Source: the human T2T-CHM13v2.0 reference genome, Homo sapiens. Taken from it: DNA of 64,000 bases. Location: the NCBI RefSeq assembly GCF_009914755.1, contig NC_060928.1, one strand, 5' to 3'. This document shows positions 51,190 to 64,000 of the stretch, one piece after another. The position numbers were made by a program, and so were the translations under genes. Numbering within the stretch: the first letter of the stretch is position 1; each line of letters starts with the position of its first letter. The notes beneath the pieces were generated by a model. It saw only the letters and a list, made by a program, of their open reading frames with translations, was not told the origin of the DNA and did not search any database.

Positions 51190-52437
51190 CTAAGTATATA
51201 TGGCCATCTATTTTTAAAATATGAAAAAGCTTCTCTTTAAGAGGTGGCAAACATTATTGTTTTTCCTTCTTGAAATTTTATTTCCACTGTACTAACCACA
51301 CATCTGAAAAGATACTAGGAACAATATGTGAGTTTAATAAAATAAATAAAGTCATTTTCTTCCTGATATTACAAAGCAAAAATATATACATGCATATTTA
51401 AACAGATATGCAAAGATATATATCAAAAATTATTTAAAATCTGTATTACATAACAAAGACAATATTTCAGAATAAGTTTACTAGGAAATGGCTACATATC
51501 AAAAAGAATAGAAATTTCACCTAGAGTTTTAAAAAGTCTGCAGGGAAATTTTTGTAAAATAAGGACAATATACACAACTTACTTTATCATATTTTAAGCA
51601 TAGAAAACTACAAAATTTAAGACTTTGTAGAACAAATGCAGAAACAGATCAGTGGAAGTAAATAAAAAGACTGAAATAATAATGGCTGTCAAAGCAGTAA
51701 TGGGGCAAGAGATTATAAAGAATATGGTGTTTAAAAACTGTTAGTCACTTGGAAAAGTAATTTAGACCTGTTACATCTTACAGCAAAATAAATTCTGCAT
51801 ATGCTAAATATGTGTAAGACAATACTAGTTCTAGAATAAAATATAGATTAATACGTATATCAATCTATATTTAGATTAGGACTAAATCTACTAGTCCTAA
51901 ATCTAATAGTCCTAATATGCCACATAAGGACTTTCTTGAGCCCTGTACAAAATAAAGAAAGAAAAAACATTAATAACTTTTACAAAATAAAAATTAAGAA
52001 AAGTTCTTCATGGGAAAATGTCCTAAAATTTAAATGAAATATAAACTAAACATGATATCTAAGAGGTGGTGAAAATATTTTGTAATCTGTATAAAAACAA
52101 ATTAGTATGAAAATAGGTACATATCTCAACTGAAGAAAATGGACTATGGAAATAAATATCTTGGAAAGTATCAGTGGCATACAAGCATAGCAAGAAATCA
52201 TCAGATTTATTATCAAAAAACTTAAAAAAGAAAGAACTTAAGATGGCCAGAATAAAATAATAAATATAATTATTTTGAATTCTTCAAAAGCTTGATTCAT
52301 TTCAAGAATATAGCTAACTAACTCTATGTGTTTCTTAACCTCACAAAACACTTTATTTTATATATGTGAAGTTTGACTTGCATAAAGGAAACATTCATTC
52401 TTTTCCTTTAATTGCAAACCAGGATAATTATTATAAT

Positions 52438-52492
52438 GTGTTGATGAGGATTGGAACTCAGAGAAAGCTTGAGTTCCAATCCTCATCAACAC
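52438..52492. repeat. Perfect 23-bp inverted repeat with a 9-nt loop
   Basis: gtgttgatgaggattggaactca-gagaaagct-tgagttccaatcctcatcaacac. Confidence 0.95.
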
Positions 52493-52631
52493 CTTAATAG
52501 TAGCCTTGTGATGACAAATTTAAATTGTGACTGAATTCTTGACACACAGAAGCTGTAAGAAAATATGTATTTGTAACTTCAAGCTGTTAAATTTGTAGTG
52601 ATTTGTTATGCAGCAATGGATGACTAGTATA
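52488..52631 (+). mobile_element. MLT1 LTR 3' fragment
   Basis: 'aacaccttaatagtagccttgtga...cacagaagctgtaag...aaatttgtagtgatttgttatgcagcaatggatgactagtata'. Confidence 0.65.
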
Positions 52632-52854
52632 ATGGATCAACTCACTTAAATTTGGGAACTTCAGGTAACTCCCAAGAGCATTCATTTAATCTAGAAAGTT
52701 GAGGGCTTTACAGAAGAGAAGAATATGTGCCAGGACTTAGGGATTATTCTGTGAAAGAGAAATAGCATTAACAAAGTGACAACATGGAAAGAAAGTGAGT
52801 ATTAATCAGTTTGTGAGAAATTAAGCCACTGTATAACTATACACGTAGAAAAGG

Positions 52855-52868
52855 TATATACGTGTGTG

Positions 52869-52915
<47 letters not shown>
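52855..52915 (+). repeat. Compound (TA)n(CA)n microsatellite
   Basis: Direct observation. Confidence 0.9.
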
Positions 52916-52917
<2 letters not shown>

Positions 52918-53859
52918 TAATCTGTTTTTTCTCATCTAATTTAATGTTCCAACAGTCATATGAAGTAAGCTCTACATTTTTTTCTTTAGTTCCTGATCAA
53001 GGTGGATAAGTACTTTGACCACTGATTGACACAGCAGAACAAGGATTTGGGGTCAAGCTGTGCAACCCAAGGTGCTTTTACTTTTTAGTTTTTCTAACCA
53101 ACACACAACACTGTCTCACTATGTGTAGTAGGGCATACATAGAAATATGTCAAAATTTGATCAGATCATTTCCACAAAGACTTTAATGCTAGATTGAGGA
53201 ATTTCTACTCTATTCCACAAGGAAATAAGAGCCATTGGGGTATATAACCACAAAAATAGAATTTAATAAAAGTGATATTTTGAGAAATATTACAAAATGT
53301 CCTGAGTCCAAATACATTAATCTGATTTAAAATATCTGTTGAATAAGGTTGCTAATGCCAATCCAGATTCAATAGGAGTAATGAGAAAACATCATTTATA
53401 GAATCATGTATATTTTCTCAAACAGATGTGTATTGCTTTGAGATATAATTAACTGGCATAAAAATTGACTTAGGAAACCAGAGATACACATTCTATTTCC
53501 AGCATTTCTACTAGCTTGCCTTGTGACTCTGTGTAAAATACTTTTAAGATTTTTAAACTTTTTTTTATTTGTAAATTGATACTTTCTCATCCTGTAATGT
53601 CTGGTCTTATAGTTTTTCTTTAAGGTTGATTTATTTTCTATGAAATACTGGATCATCCATTACAATGAGAATAATGCAGCATTTTGCTAAAGAAAATACA
53701 GCTGAAAAAACAAGAGCATTAATCTTAAACATAATCTAAGTTTTCTTGCAAAGAATGTGTATGAAGCTCCAGGTCAGAGGTCTAATATGTAACAAATTAC
53801 TGACTGGCAATAGGTCAAAAGTTGGCTGTTTTCCTGTTATGCTTAAGAATACATAAACA

Positions 53860-54230
53860 TTGTCATTGCTCAATTATAGACATGAACAGACCAGATAGAT
53901 GGTTCCCTGATCCACTCTGCTCTGCTAAGAGCTAGAATTACTCTCCCGATCTTCACAAAATCATTCTGATCATTTCTCTTGCATGTGCGATCTAGTAACC
54001 ACAATTTCCTACCATTTCTCCTCCACTGTAAAGTGTTTTCAAACTATTGAATATTTGTTCAAAACCCAGCACAGAATCACCTAAAAGCCGTTACCAGGAA
54101 TGAAGATACGTTGATTTGAAACTACGAAGATAATCATGCATAAGTGTACACTAAGATGGAAGTAATATATTGCTGAGAATTCTTCAGAGCCCCAGCTGTC
54201 TCAAAGCTCATTTGTATCAGTAATCTTCTC
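53860..54230 (-). mobile_element. Possible ancient CR1/L3 LINE RT fragment
   Basis: The minus strand gives colinear degenerate CR1-RT motifs: 'LKNSQ/LKELA', 'PGN', 'FEQIF' (cf. LEQII), 'VTRS.H' (cf. ITRSQHGF), 'VDQG..IYL'. Confidence 0.45.
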
Positions 54231-55945
54231 CCTTTACATGTAAAATTGCTATGCTGACACCTTCTCAGAAAACAAATACTAGTTAATAGTTTGGATTAAC
54301 TCTTATGAAACTGCCATTTTCAACTGAATATTTCAGTTGTTCCCGAACATGTCTCCAGTAAAAACCAGGACTTACTTTAACCGATAGAAATAGAGTAATT
54401 CAGAAAAAAATGCTTATATTATACATTTAACTTTGAGAAATACTTGGGAAAAATGGAAATCTATAATTTACAAACTTGTATAATCATAAAATTATTACTA
54501 CATTAGATTTTCTCCCATTTCAAGGGGATAGATGGAGGCTAATATTACTGTCATTCTGTGTATTCAAGGTGACCTATTTTTACTGCTTTTTGGCTTTTCA
54601 GAAAAAATGGTACAAATAGATATAATAATATTTATTTACTCTTTGAATTTTTCCAGCAGAAGTCATTTTAAATAATTTACTTCTTTCACCATCTTTAAAT
54701 TTAATTTCACAATTACACAAATTAAAGAAAGAGAACCAAATTGTATCTCAGGAAGAGAAAAACATATTCGTGCCCATTGTCTTAATTTTCTATCGTTAAA
54801 TGATGTAAGTCAGTTGACTACTAAATAATGCTTTGTAGAGTCACATTTGAGGCAATTTCTGTTATATTCTTCTGTTCACAGTGATAATTCTGTGTTTTAC
54901 TTAATTTAGTTTGTTTACAATTAAAAACACAAATCTTCTATTCTTTATTACTTATGTTTTCTTCTTGGATTCCCCCTCTTAAGTAATTGTGTAATCAGTG
55001 ATCAAGTGTACCTGGCTTTTAGAACAGTTTGATGTCTATAGGGTGTTTGTACTGCCTCATTTGGTGGGCTAGTCTAATTGAAGATAATAGGGGTAGTATT
55101 AGTGAAGGCAGCTCTGGAACAATGCTTTCAATTTATTTTAAGGACCACAACTCTCGCTATTATACATAATCTTCCACCCATTGGAGGAAAGTACATACTA
55201 CATTTAAAAGCACAGAATGGGATCTATTTGTATCTGAACAATGTTTTCATGAAACGTTTGCAATCCAGATGTGTTGAGAAGCTTACGTTTTTTCACTTTG
55301 ACCATGTTAAAAGTACAATTTCCTTGTAATGTTATGTAGATCCTTCAGACTGAGGATGCTGCAAACCACGATAATTTTCAAAGTAGAAGATAGGGTTACT
55401 CTTTGCAGTTGAAAAATCCTTTAGCTGACCTTTACCTGTAGATGTAAATTTACATGTAACTAAATTTTTGCTGCTACATTTTATAACCACTTATTTGTGA
55501 TGAGTCTGAAATCTATTTTATTAAATGACTGACATTATTTTTAAAGTTTAAAAAGTGAGAAAAAAGAGAAAAGGAAACGAAAGGAAATTTTTTTTTTAAA
55601 AAAAAACAATAGTTTGCATGCCAAACTTATCTCACTTTCCAACATTTGGGACAGGTGCTCCAAACAATGGATTATAAATGCTGGTTTACCTTTGCTTTGT
55701 TTTCAGAAAGTAAGCAACTACCTATTTACTCTTAATGTGGAAATTCTTATAGCAGTCTTAGTAGAATCTTCAACTGATATCCCCACTCAATGTTTATCAC
55801 CACTGGCTTTCCCTGTGAGACCTGGTTAGCAGTATCAGTGCTAGAAATAAACTAAATACAGATAAACAATAAGGAAACAAAATATTTATCTAATATCCCA
55901 AGGTTTTGTTCCCAGTAACATTATAAGCAGATAATATTATCTTTA

Positions 55946-56287
<342 letters not shown>

Positions 56288-57739
56288 TTATTTTGATGTA
56301 TTATTCTCAAAGCATTTGTATTTTAAATAAAAAATTATTCTCAGAAAAACCTTTCCTGCCCCCAAAACAAATTCTTTAATCTGAATTTTTTAGTTTATTT
56401 TAGTAATCAAATTAAAAAATCAAGAAAACCAGCAAGACGTTTAGATCTATTTTCTGATATTGCACCACATTCTATTAAGTGGCACTAATTGCTTTGAGAA
56501 TGGAAATTAATTGAGAAGCCCTCACTATCTTTGCATAGTTGCTTGAACTCACACATTATCTTCACAGTTCATTCTGAGTGAGCAGTTTTTTTACACTGTC
56601 TTCATGTACCGTGACCTAATATGAACAAACGCATGTGCAATTTGCCAGTGCCTCACCACTAAAACTCTGTGATTCAATGTAGCCAAAATACATAAAAATG
56701 ACAATATAGTTATTTCCCAATTATCCCACAGTGGCAGAGTAACCAGAGTTTCAATGTAAAGTATAATTGATTCCTAATTACTGTACTTTCACAGAAAGGC
56801 CACAGTCCATAACTTCATTAAATAGTGAAAACACAAATAACTATTCACAAGGAAAGAATTAGCATTTACTATATGTTTATTTACTTTCTAATCTGTACAT
56901 GTTTTAGGCTTTGGTCTGAAATAATGTGTCATTTGAATTTTCTTCATGGAAAAGAAAATTTCTCCAGTGATGTTCCTTTAGAAGGGGGAAATAAAATATC
57001 GGCTATTTGATATTTGATGCACTCTACAAGGGCTTGGCCCAATTATTGTTCATTTACAAAAGTGGGATATATAAGAGCAAGTATCCATCTGTGAACTGAG
57101 GGCAGATTCACTGTTATATATATTAAGACTTGTTAGGGCTCATGGACAATGAGAGAGAAGAAATGATAATGTGATAGCACATGGGGGAATAAGATCTATC
57201 TACTGCCTAATATGGGAAATGAAGAGTATAGTTTCTAATCATGAATACTGCTTAAGCAATTTTTGTTCTGAACAGGTCCAGGAGGTAAAGGGAGGATCAA
57301 CCCACCTTTGTGTATTATGAAGATATGAGCAAACAAACTAGAACACACACACAAAGAATAAATTGAGATCTGCTATTTAATACTTACATGAAGGCACAGA
57401 ATGTTGACAAGAGTGCTGGAGCTGCTTTTCCTACATTCACATTGTTCTGTTAGAGAGCTTTGTAAAGATGTTTTTGGTTACCTATAACTTGGCAAGAAGG
57501 TTCAGACAGCCTACAAAGTCTAAATATATAATGGATTGCAATATAAATTAAAATATTCACTTTATGAACAATTCAAATGATAGTAATTTAAAAATATGCA
57601 TTGGAAACCACCAGTATTTTAACTAAGGGCTGTCATAATTTTGGTGTACTTCTTTAAATAAACTTCTCTCACCATATTTGATAAATGTTTCATTGATTAG
57701 AAAGATTATAGTCATACAGTGGTCATTTTTTTAGTTTCA

Positions 57740-57834
57740 GCTCACATAAAATCATAAAAGAAAATACAAAACTCTAGCATCTGTCTGCTCACATAAAACT
57801 GTGGAAGAAAATACAACAGTCCAGCATCTGTCTG
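57740..57834 (+). repeat. Diverged 47-bp tandem duplication
   Basis: 'gctcacataaaa...aagaaaatacaa...agcatctgtct' x2. Confidence 0.8.
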
Positions 57835-58156
57835 TTATACTGAATCAAATAAATACCAGGCAGGACACAGGCTCATCTCCTAGTCCCATGCTTTTTCCTT
57901 GGCATGATAATTTAGGAAAAAGCATTTTAAAAAGCATGCAGCAGAAATCCTTGGTGTCCTTCCCAATTTCCTTTGCAGATTGATGCACTTAACCCTCAGT
58001 TTCTAGGTGTTTTAGTTAATAAAAACTAAAGCCAATCCTCTTTTCTGGAGAATTCCCCATGATCCCATCACACAGGAGTTTATGCCTCCCCTTTCTGCCC
58101 ATTTAGAGCTTAGCCAATGACTGACTTTTTTAGTGGTACAAAATGCCAGACATGTG

Positions 58157-58267
58157 CCTGGCACAATGGTGTGCACCTGTAGTCCCAGCTACTCGGGTGA
58201 ATCACTTGATCCCAGGAGCTCAAGGGCAGCCTGGGCAATGTAAAATGAGACCCCCACTTCAAAAAAC
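58157..58267 (+). mobile_element. FLAM/Alu monomer
   Basis: 'cctggcacaatggtgtgcacctgtagtcccagctactcgg...cagcctgggcaa...gagaccccca' followed by an A-tail; TSD-like aaatgcca. Confidence 0.8.
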
Positions 58268-59644
58268 AAATGCCAAATCCCTTGTCACAGGTGTGACTGA
58301 TAATTTGGTCTAACGGTGCTTCAGAATAAAGCTAGTTTCCAGCTATGCTTTCATTATCCCTGAGCTTCCCTGACCTATCCTAGGTCCCTTGTTCTCCTAA
58401 TCTAAGTGTACTTCCCCAATAAATGGCATGCATAAGAATCCCCATCTCAGTCACTTCTTCTACAGAACCTCACTTAAAATAGTTGGTAAGGAGTGGTCCC
58501 TCGGGAGCAGTAAGAGTGACATTCTGGAAATGAGTCCTTTACTGTTTGTTTGACTTGGAATATTATATCACTATGACAAGTGAGGGATTGATGGATCCCA
58601 TCATGCTACAGCTGGGGTGAAGTGGGATGGTATGTGAGTGAAACAGGACACACTGTCTGGTACAATGTCTCCAGTGTTTGAAATGTGTTATGGAAATTTA
58701 AAAAATAAGAACTGTGGAAGTGGATGCTTGTTGCTGAGCATCCATATATTGGAGAAAATAACAGGCTCTATTAACCAAAGCCTTAAAGCAAAGGGAGAGT
58801 CAGGAGTCTTTCTTGCCAGCATTTAAAGAAAGCCTCACCTCCTGAAGTCCTAGGGCAGAACCATTAAATTTTAAGCCCAGCACATTATCTGTAAGAGTGG
58901 CATAACTTCAGAAAGGCCTGAATTCTTAGCTTAAGCAAATCTTCTATGTCAGGCTAGGGACTGATATGGAAGTAATAAGCCACTGAAATTTTGAAAGGGG
59001 TGTCTGGACAGGTGTACCTGAGAATCTTGAAGCTTGAGGTTCTGTGGAACTCTCAAGGTCAACTCCTTGAAAGATATACTCCCCTCCCAGTTTCTTGCTT
59101 AAAACAACATAGGAAATTCAAATTAGGGAGGAACAGACAAAATAATACTTGCTTTCCTCAAGATGTGCCTACAAATGCCCTTTGGAGCCACAGACTCTTA
59201 ATTAAAGGCAAATCTTAAGTCTGACCCAACCAGAAAGTAGTGTACCTAATTAGGATGGACCAGTTTTGTCTATGAAAGGAGCTACAAGCAGGAACCAGAG
59301 AAGCGGGACTGGAAGGGATCATGAGAGGTGCCAACAGGTTGGGCAGAATATAAACCTGGCTGGGGAGGTTTACCAACATTGGAGTACTCTCTGTTGACAA
59401 AGAATTTAATATCCTCACAAAGGATCTCTTGAATTAATGGAAAAAGTATTTATATTCATTAAGTAAAGTAGGGATGGCAGAGCTGCCTTTGTAATCTATT
59501 GAGAAGTAAATAAAAAGAATCAGAAAAGTAGCATGCTGGAATAAATTTCCTAAAGAAGACCAGAAAATCCATATGTTAACTACCTTGCTTGGGTGGTCCC
59601 AGAGGTTAGTCCAATAAAGAGTGTATTGGTGAGGAAAACAAGCA

Positions 59645-60036
59645 TTTTTTTTTAACTTTTAGGTTCAGGGGTACTAGTGCAGGTTTATAACACAGGTAAA
59701 TTGAATGTCACAGGGGTTTGATGTACAGATTATTTTGTCACCCATGTAATCAGCGTAGTACCTGGCAGGAAGCTTTCTAATCCTCTCCCTCCTTTCACCC
59801 TCTACCCTCAAGTAGGCCCTGGTGTTTGTTGTTTGTTCCTTTCTTTGTGTCCATGTGTTCTTAACGTTTAGCCTCCACTTTTAAGTGAGAACATGTAGTA
59901 TTTGGTTTTCTGTTCCTGCATTAGTTTGCTTAGGATAGTGGCCTCCTACTGCATCCATGTTGCTGCAAAAGACATGATCTCATTCTCTTTTGTGGCTGTG
60001 TTGTATTCCATGGTGTATATGTACCACATTTTCCTT
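59645..60036 (-). mobile_element. L1PA15/16-like 3' end
   Basis: 'ttttaggttcaggggtac...tgtacagattattttgtcaccca...catccatgttgctgcaaaagacatgatctcattc'. Confidence 0.85.
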
Positions 60037-61182
60037 AGAATGGGTATTATTGAAAGCTCAGTCTTAGCTTCTCTAAAGTTCATGGCTAACGGCAGAACAC
60101 ATGGTATATGAGTTGACTCTGAGAGATAGAGATCCAAAGCACCATCCTGGTCTCCCATTGGGATACAGACGTAGAGGGGTCAAATAGTAAATGAATATAG
60201 CCAAAGTTCATGTCATAGTGTGTCCACTTGATCCACAAGCCTAACTAGTAAACATTTCTCAGTTTCCTGAACGTCCTATTGAATCTGTCATACGTAGCTG
60301 TTAAGAGAAACCTCATGTTGTTGCTTTTGGTCATAATATAGTCCCAAGGGACCTGGGCCATCTGGAGATTCTGCAAAGCATCATACTTGCTCACTATATT
60401 AATATTATCTTAATCAGACCTATGAGCAATAGATAGCAAGCACTTGTGTTGTATCGTAAAACACATGTGCTAAAAAATGTGATAAATTAAGCACTATAAA
60501 GATTCAGTGATGAAGTTTTCAGGAGAAGATTAACATTTGGTATGGTTTTTGGCATATTCCACATGTGATAATGCTGCTACAATAGATTTTAGGTGAACAA
60601 CTGCTAGCTTTTAGTGGGCCCCAGAGCAAAAATGACTTGGCATCAGGTCTAGGCTGAGGACAGACAGCCATATCATTTAGAATATAAGAACTGATAGGTC
60701 CGATCATACTGGAGGTTATCTAGGGTAGCAAAAGAGACTTCCTTTTTCTTTGGAAAGCTGCAATGGTAGAGTTGCTTTATAGATCTTTAGGGTTCTAGGG
60801 CAAGGCAATGCCACCTCTAGTAGAGAAGTATCCTTTCTACTATATTCAGCAGTTGCTGGCATGCTAGTGGGCAAACTGAACATCTGGCCACTGGATATCA
60901 AGAGATCATGCATCTAACACTGCCTGTGATAAGCCAGATATTGTCACAACCATCAAGTCATATAACTACTCACCATAGAAATATGTTTGTGAACCAAGAA
61001 CTGTGGGTAGATCCATGAAGACAAAATTATGATCTCATTTCACTTAATTTCTGCTGCTAAATGTAAAAGATCTGAAGTGTCCAGGGCCAATAGATTTTAT
61101 TCATTTCTTCTAGGTTACAGTTACTAGTATTTAAGAAAAAAATCTATTAATTTAACATTTTACACAGGCTTGTTACTTTGAA

Positions 61183-61186
<4 letters not shown>

Positions 61187-61224
<38 letters not shown>
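61187..61224 (+). repeat. (CA)n microsatellite
   Basis: Direct observation. Confidence 0.95.
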
Positions 61225-61226
<2 letters not shown>

Positions 61227-61239
61227 TACATATACTGAA

Positions 61240-62800
61240 TGGATGGTAAATTTACATGTCCCAGAAGATCTATTTTTTTCTTATACTTATTTGAGGGTTA
61301 GAGTAGATAATTCTCTGTATAGATTAAATTTCCTTTCAAATGTTTTAAAGAATATAATGCAATATGTTAAGATTCAGTATTACTATGAGAAATTTGAATC
61401 TGATCTGATTGCCCTTTCCTTAAAAATGTAGACTACATTTTTCTTTCTGGAAATTTCACTAGAAAGACTACTTTCTCAGTATGACATTGACCTTTTAAAT
61501 ATGAAGACTAATATGCAATTTTATTTTTTCAATTTATTTTTCTCTATAATTTCTTCAGTTATATCTTCTCTTCACTATCTCTCTCTATGCTTCTTTACCT
61601 TAATTAGATTAATGTATCCTCTTGCATTCATGTGTCATAACCTTTCTGTTGTATTTACCATCATTATCATTTTTCGTCTGTTATGAAAGATTTCTTCATG
61701 TTTAATATTTTCATTATCTGCTTAATCTTTTGTCTGACATATTCTATTATTCAGTTTATTCATTTAATTGTTTAAATGAGTTTTATCATTTCTTAATTTC
61801 TAAGAACTCTTTTTATTCTCTGGTTGCTCTTTCATAACAGCTGGTTATTTTCTTAGAGATACAATGTCTTCTTCCATTTCTCAAGGGATATTAATTTGAA
61901 TTTTTAATGTCCTCTTTTACTGCCTGAAATAAGTCTGTTTCTTTCTGGGTCATTTGTTCTGTGTGCTCATTTTGGTCCATCTATTTCATACTCATAGTTG
62001 CTCTCAAATTTCTGATGATTCTTAGTTCATGCTTTTGAATGAAAGACTAGGTTAATTATGTCGTGTAAATTACCTTTCGGTTTCACAAAATGGTCTCTGC
62101 CTTGAATGAAACAACTGACAACTCACTCCAAGTTGCAGAGATTTGTCAACAGGTAGACATCTCTAAAGGGCACCCTGATAGTGAAAGTTAGGCATACTGG
62201 GAACTCTTATAATCACTTTAGAAGAGTTTTATTCTGAAATTGGATTAATGTAGTGAATGTTACATCTGGGCTGAGCTGTCTTCTTTTTTGTTTGTTTTTT
62301 GAGTATCTCATTTTTATATGGAAGTACTTCAAGCTTAAATATTCCTTCCATTTAGTGTTTTAAACTTTAAACTCACATAAATACATGTCTTAGGCAGGCT
62401 GCTGTCAGCAGTTGTGTACACTGGAAAGGTTAGAGGATGTGATTGCCCCAGGTATTTGAACTGCATTTCTCTGAATCCTGAGATGATTATCCTATGGCCA
62501 TTTTGTACTTTTAAAATATTTTTAGTTTGATTCTGAAGCTCTCAGCTTTCTTTGAAAGGAACTTAGCTCTGGTGTTTAGGTTACGATTCTCTCTTATATT
62601 TCTGTTATCTCAAGAAATCTAGTCCTCTTTTATTCTTAGCTTAGATAATTTTTTCCACATTTAATCCCCTAATAACAACTTTATATTTTTTCTAGAAGTG
62701 CCTTGTGTTCACCGTTTTTATTCTGTTTTCTGACTATTTTTCACATTTGTTGAGTCCAGCACCTTGAACTAGAATGCTTATGGTTTTCTTGTTTATTATA
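61240..62800 (-). mobile_element. Old L1M/HAL1-like antisense fragment (ORF1/5' region)
   Basis: T-rich sequence with L1-like motifs ('tcatttcttaatttctaagaactctttttattctctgg', 'atgtcttcttccatttctc'). Confidence 0.45.
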
Positions 62801-63842
62801 ATTTTAAGGGGCTCCATATCTGCCTTTGAATAAACTGAATAAGCACACTTAACAATTACAGAGTATAAAGATCTATGCTTTAAATTGCAGATAAAATACT
62901 AGTAATAACATTGAAATTACTCCAGTAAATTTAAGAGTGTCTATAAGAATAAACATTAAGATAAGTATTTTAAGATCGAAAAATATTTATAAGATAAATT
63001 GGAAAAAATACATTTTTCTAGCTATAAATGATTGAAAACCTCTTTATCTAGTTCTAGAAACTTGACTACTTAAGGATTTTGCTTCAATTATTAAGGAATA
63101 GGAGAAGTTGTTAGATATTATTAGTGATTTTCCTTTTTAAAAACATCTGAATGTTTTACATTAAATAATATAATAAGATTGTACAGTGAGCTATTAAAGA
63201 AAAAGGTATGAATTTCCAAGTATTTCTCTCTCTCAATCAGGGTTTGTTACTATAAAATCATATCAAAATCAGAAACATACCAAATTGTAAACTGCGATAA
63301 AGTGATAACTCCCCTCCCCACAACTTAAATTTGTCTTATTTCTCAACATATTTTCATTATTCTTAATTAACTGTTACATAACTAATGCTATAAATTTGAG
63401 TTTATAATATATAGATGTGTGTATTCTAAGATGATACAATTTTATGTTTTTTGTTTTTATTTTATTTTGAAATATTCTGTTAGCTATTCAAGAAATTAGT
63501 AATTTTTAAACATTGGCTTTTCCTGTGAAAGTCAAAATTATGAAATCTTTTACTACTAATATGATAGAAAAATAATGCATAGAATTTTGAGAACTGATTT
63601 TTATGTTTATCACCAACTTTTTAATAGCTCATATGTTGAGAAATTAAAACTGCCTTCTAAAATAACCAGTTAAAATACTCTTCTGACTAAAAGCATACTA
63701 TTTATTTTTGCAATTGAAGGATTAAGTATACACATCTCAGAATTATCTTCATTAAGCTGGCTTATGGAGGTTGAATTTCTCATGAGTTCATAAAATTTCT
63801 TGTCATACTGAATTTGGGAAATGCTTTATAAAATAGGAAATA

Positions 63843-63918
63843 AGTGTATATGCGTATGTGTATGTATCTGTATATGTATGTGTGTATGTATGTATACATA
63901 TATACATATACAGATATA
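63843..63918 (+). repeat. (TATG)n/(TA)n low-complexity repeat
   Basis: Direct observation. Confidence 0.85.
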
Positions 63919-64000
63919 TTTTTTCAGATGTCATCACGAGTGTATTTATTAAAAACCCTTTCATTTAACATTCTAGGAGGTAGAATAAGATGTTAAGCAT

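Larger units (their letters stand above)
57975..61080 (+). mobile_element. LTR16-like LTR plus ERVL (ERV3-16A3-like) internal remnant
   Basis: LTR ending 'caataaatggcatgcataagaatccccatctcagtcacttcttctacagaacctcacttaaaata', then 'gttggtaaggagtggtcc' and gag/pol-like remnants. Confidence 0.65.

Noticed and set aside
54283-54400. Short minus-strand frame 'FYWRHVREQLKYSVENGSFIRVNPNY*' that looks protein-like
   Set aside because: No recognised homologue and no good acceptor site; adjacent to a probable CR1 relic.
55333-55436. Possible minus-strand terminal exon ('KGQLKDFSTAKSNPIFYFENYRGLQHPQSEGST*') after 'ctacag'
   Set aside because: Weak polypyrimidine tract, no recognisable protein and no partner exons; expected by chance.
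55688-55715. 'tttgctttgttttcag AAA gtaagc', resembling a 3-nt microexon
   Set aside because: No host gene evident; such juxtapositions occur by chance in 64 kb.

Overview
AT-rich, repeat-dense primate genomic DNA, almost certainly human (it carries an AluYb8 with the diagnostic 7-bp insertion). I could not identify any host protein-coding exon or RNA gene. The six-frame ORFs are fragments of L1 ORF1/ORF2, Hsmar1 and Tigger1 transposases, Alu/LTR antisense reads or AT-rich noise. The window is a layered fossil record of mobile elements: an ancient L1ME1-like LINE (~2.4-15.8 kb) split by a near full-length L1MA1/2 plus MER2, MLT1 and MER41-like insertions; an LTR12 solo LTR; an HML-2 LTR5A-like LTR inside MER21; a full-length Hsmar1 inside an ERVL provirus; a Tigger1; and several further ERVL remnants. 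I found no convincing new biological system. The most interesting signals are mechanistic scars: (1) an L1 3' transduction, (2) a truncated HML-2 LTR that still ends in CA and keeps a TSD, (3) an AluJ-L1 composite inside one TSD, (4) L1 5'UTR pieces spliced into L1 bodies, and (5) a recurrent set of locally templated inverted (fold-back) insertions, including a perfect 23-bp hairpin. Subfamily names come from my recall of consensus sequences, and boundaries of old elements are approximate.
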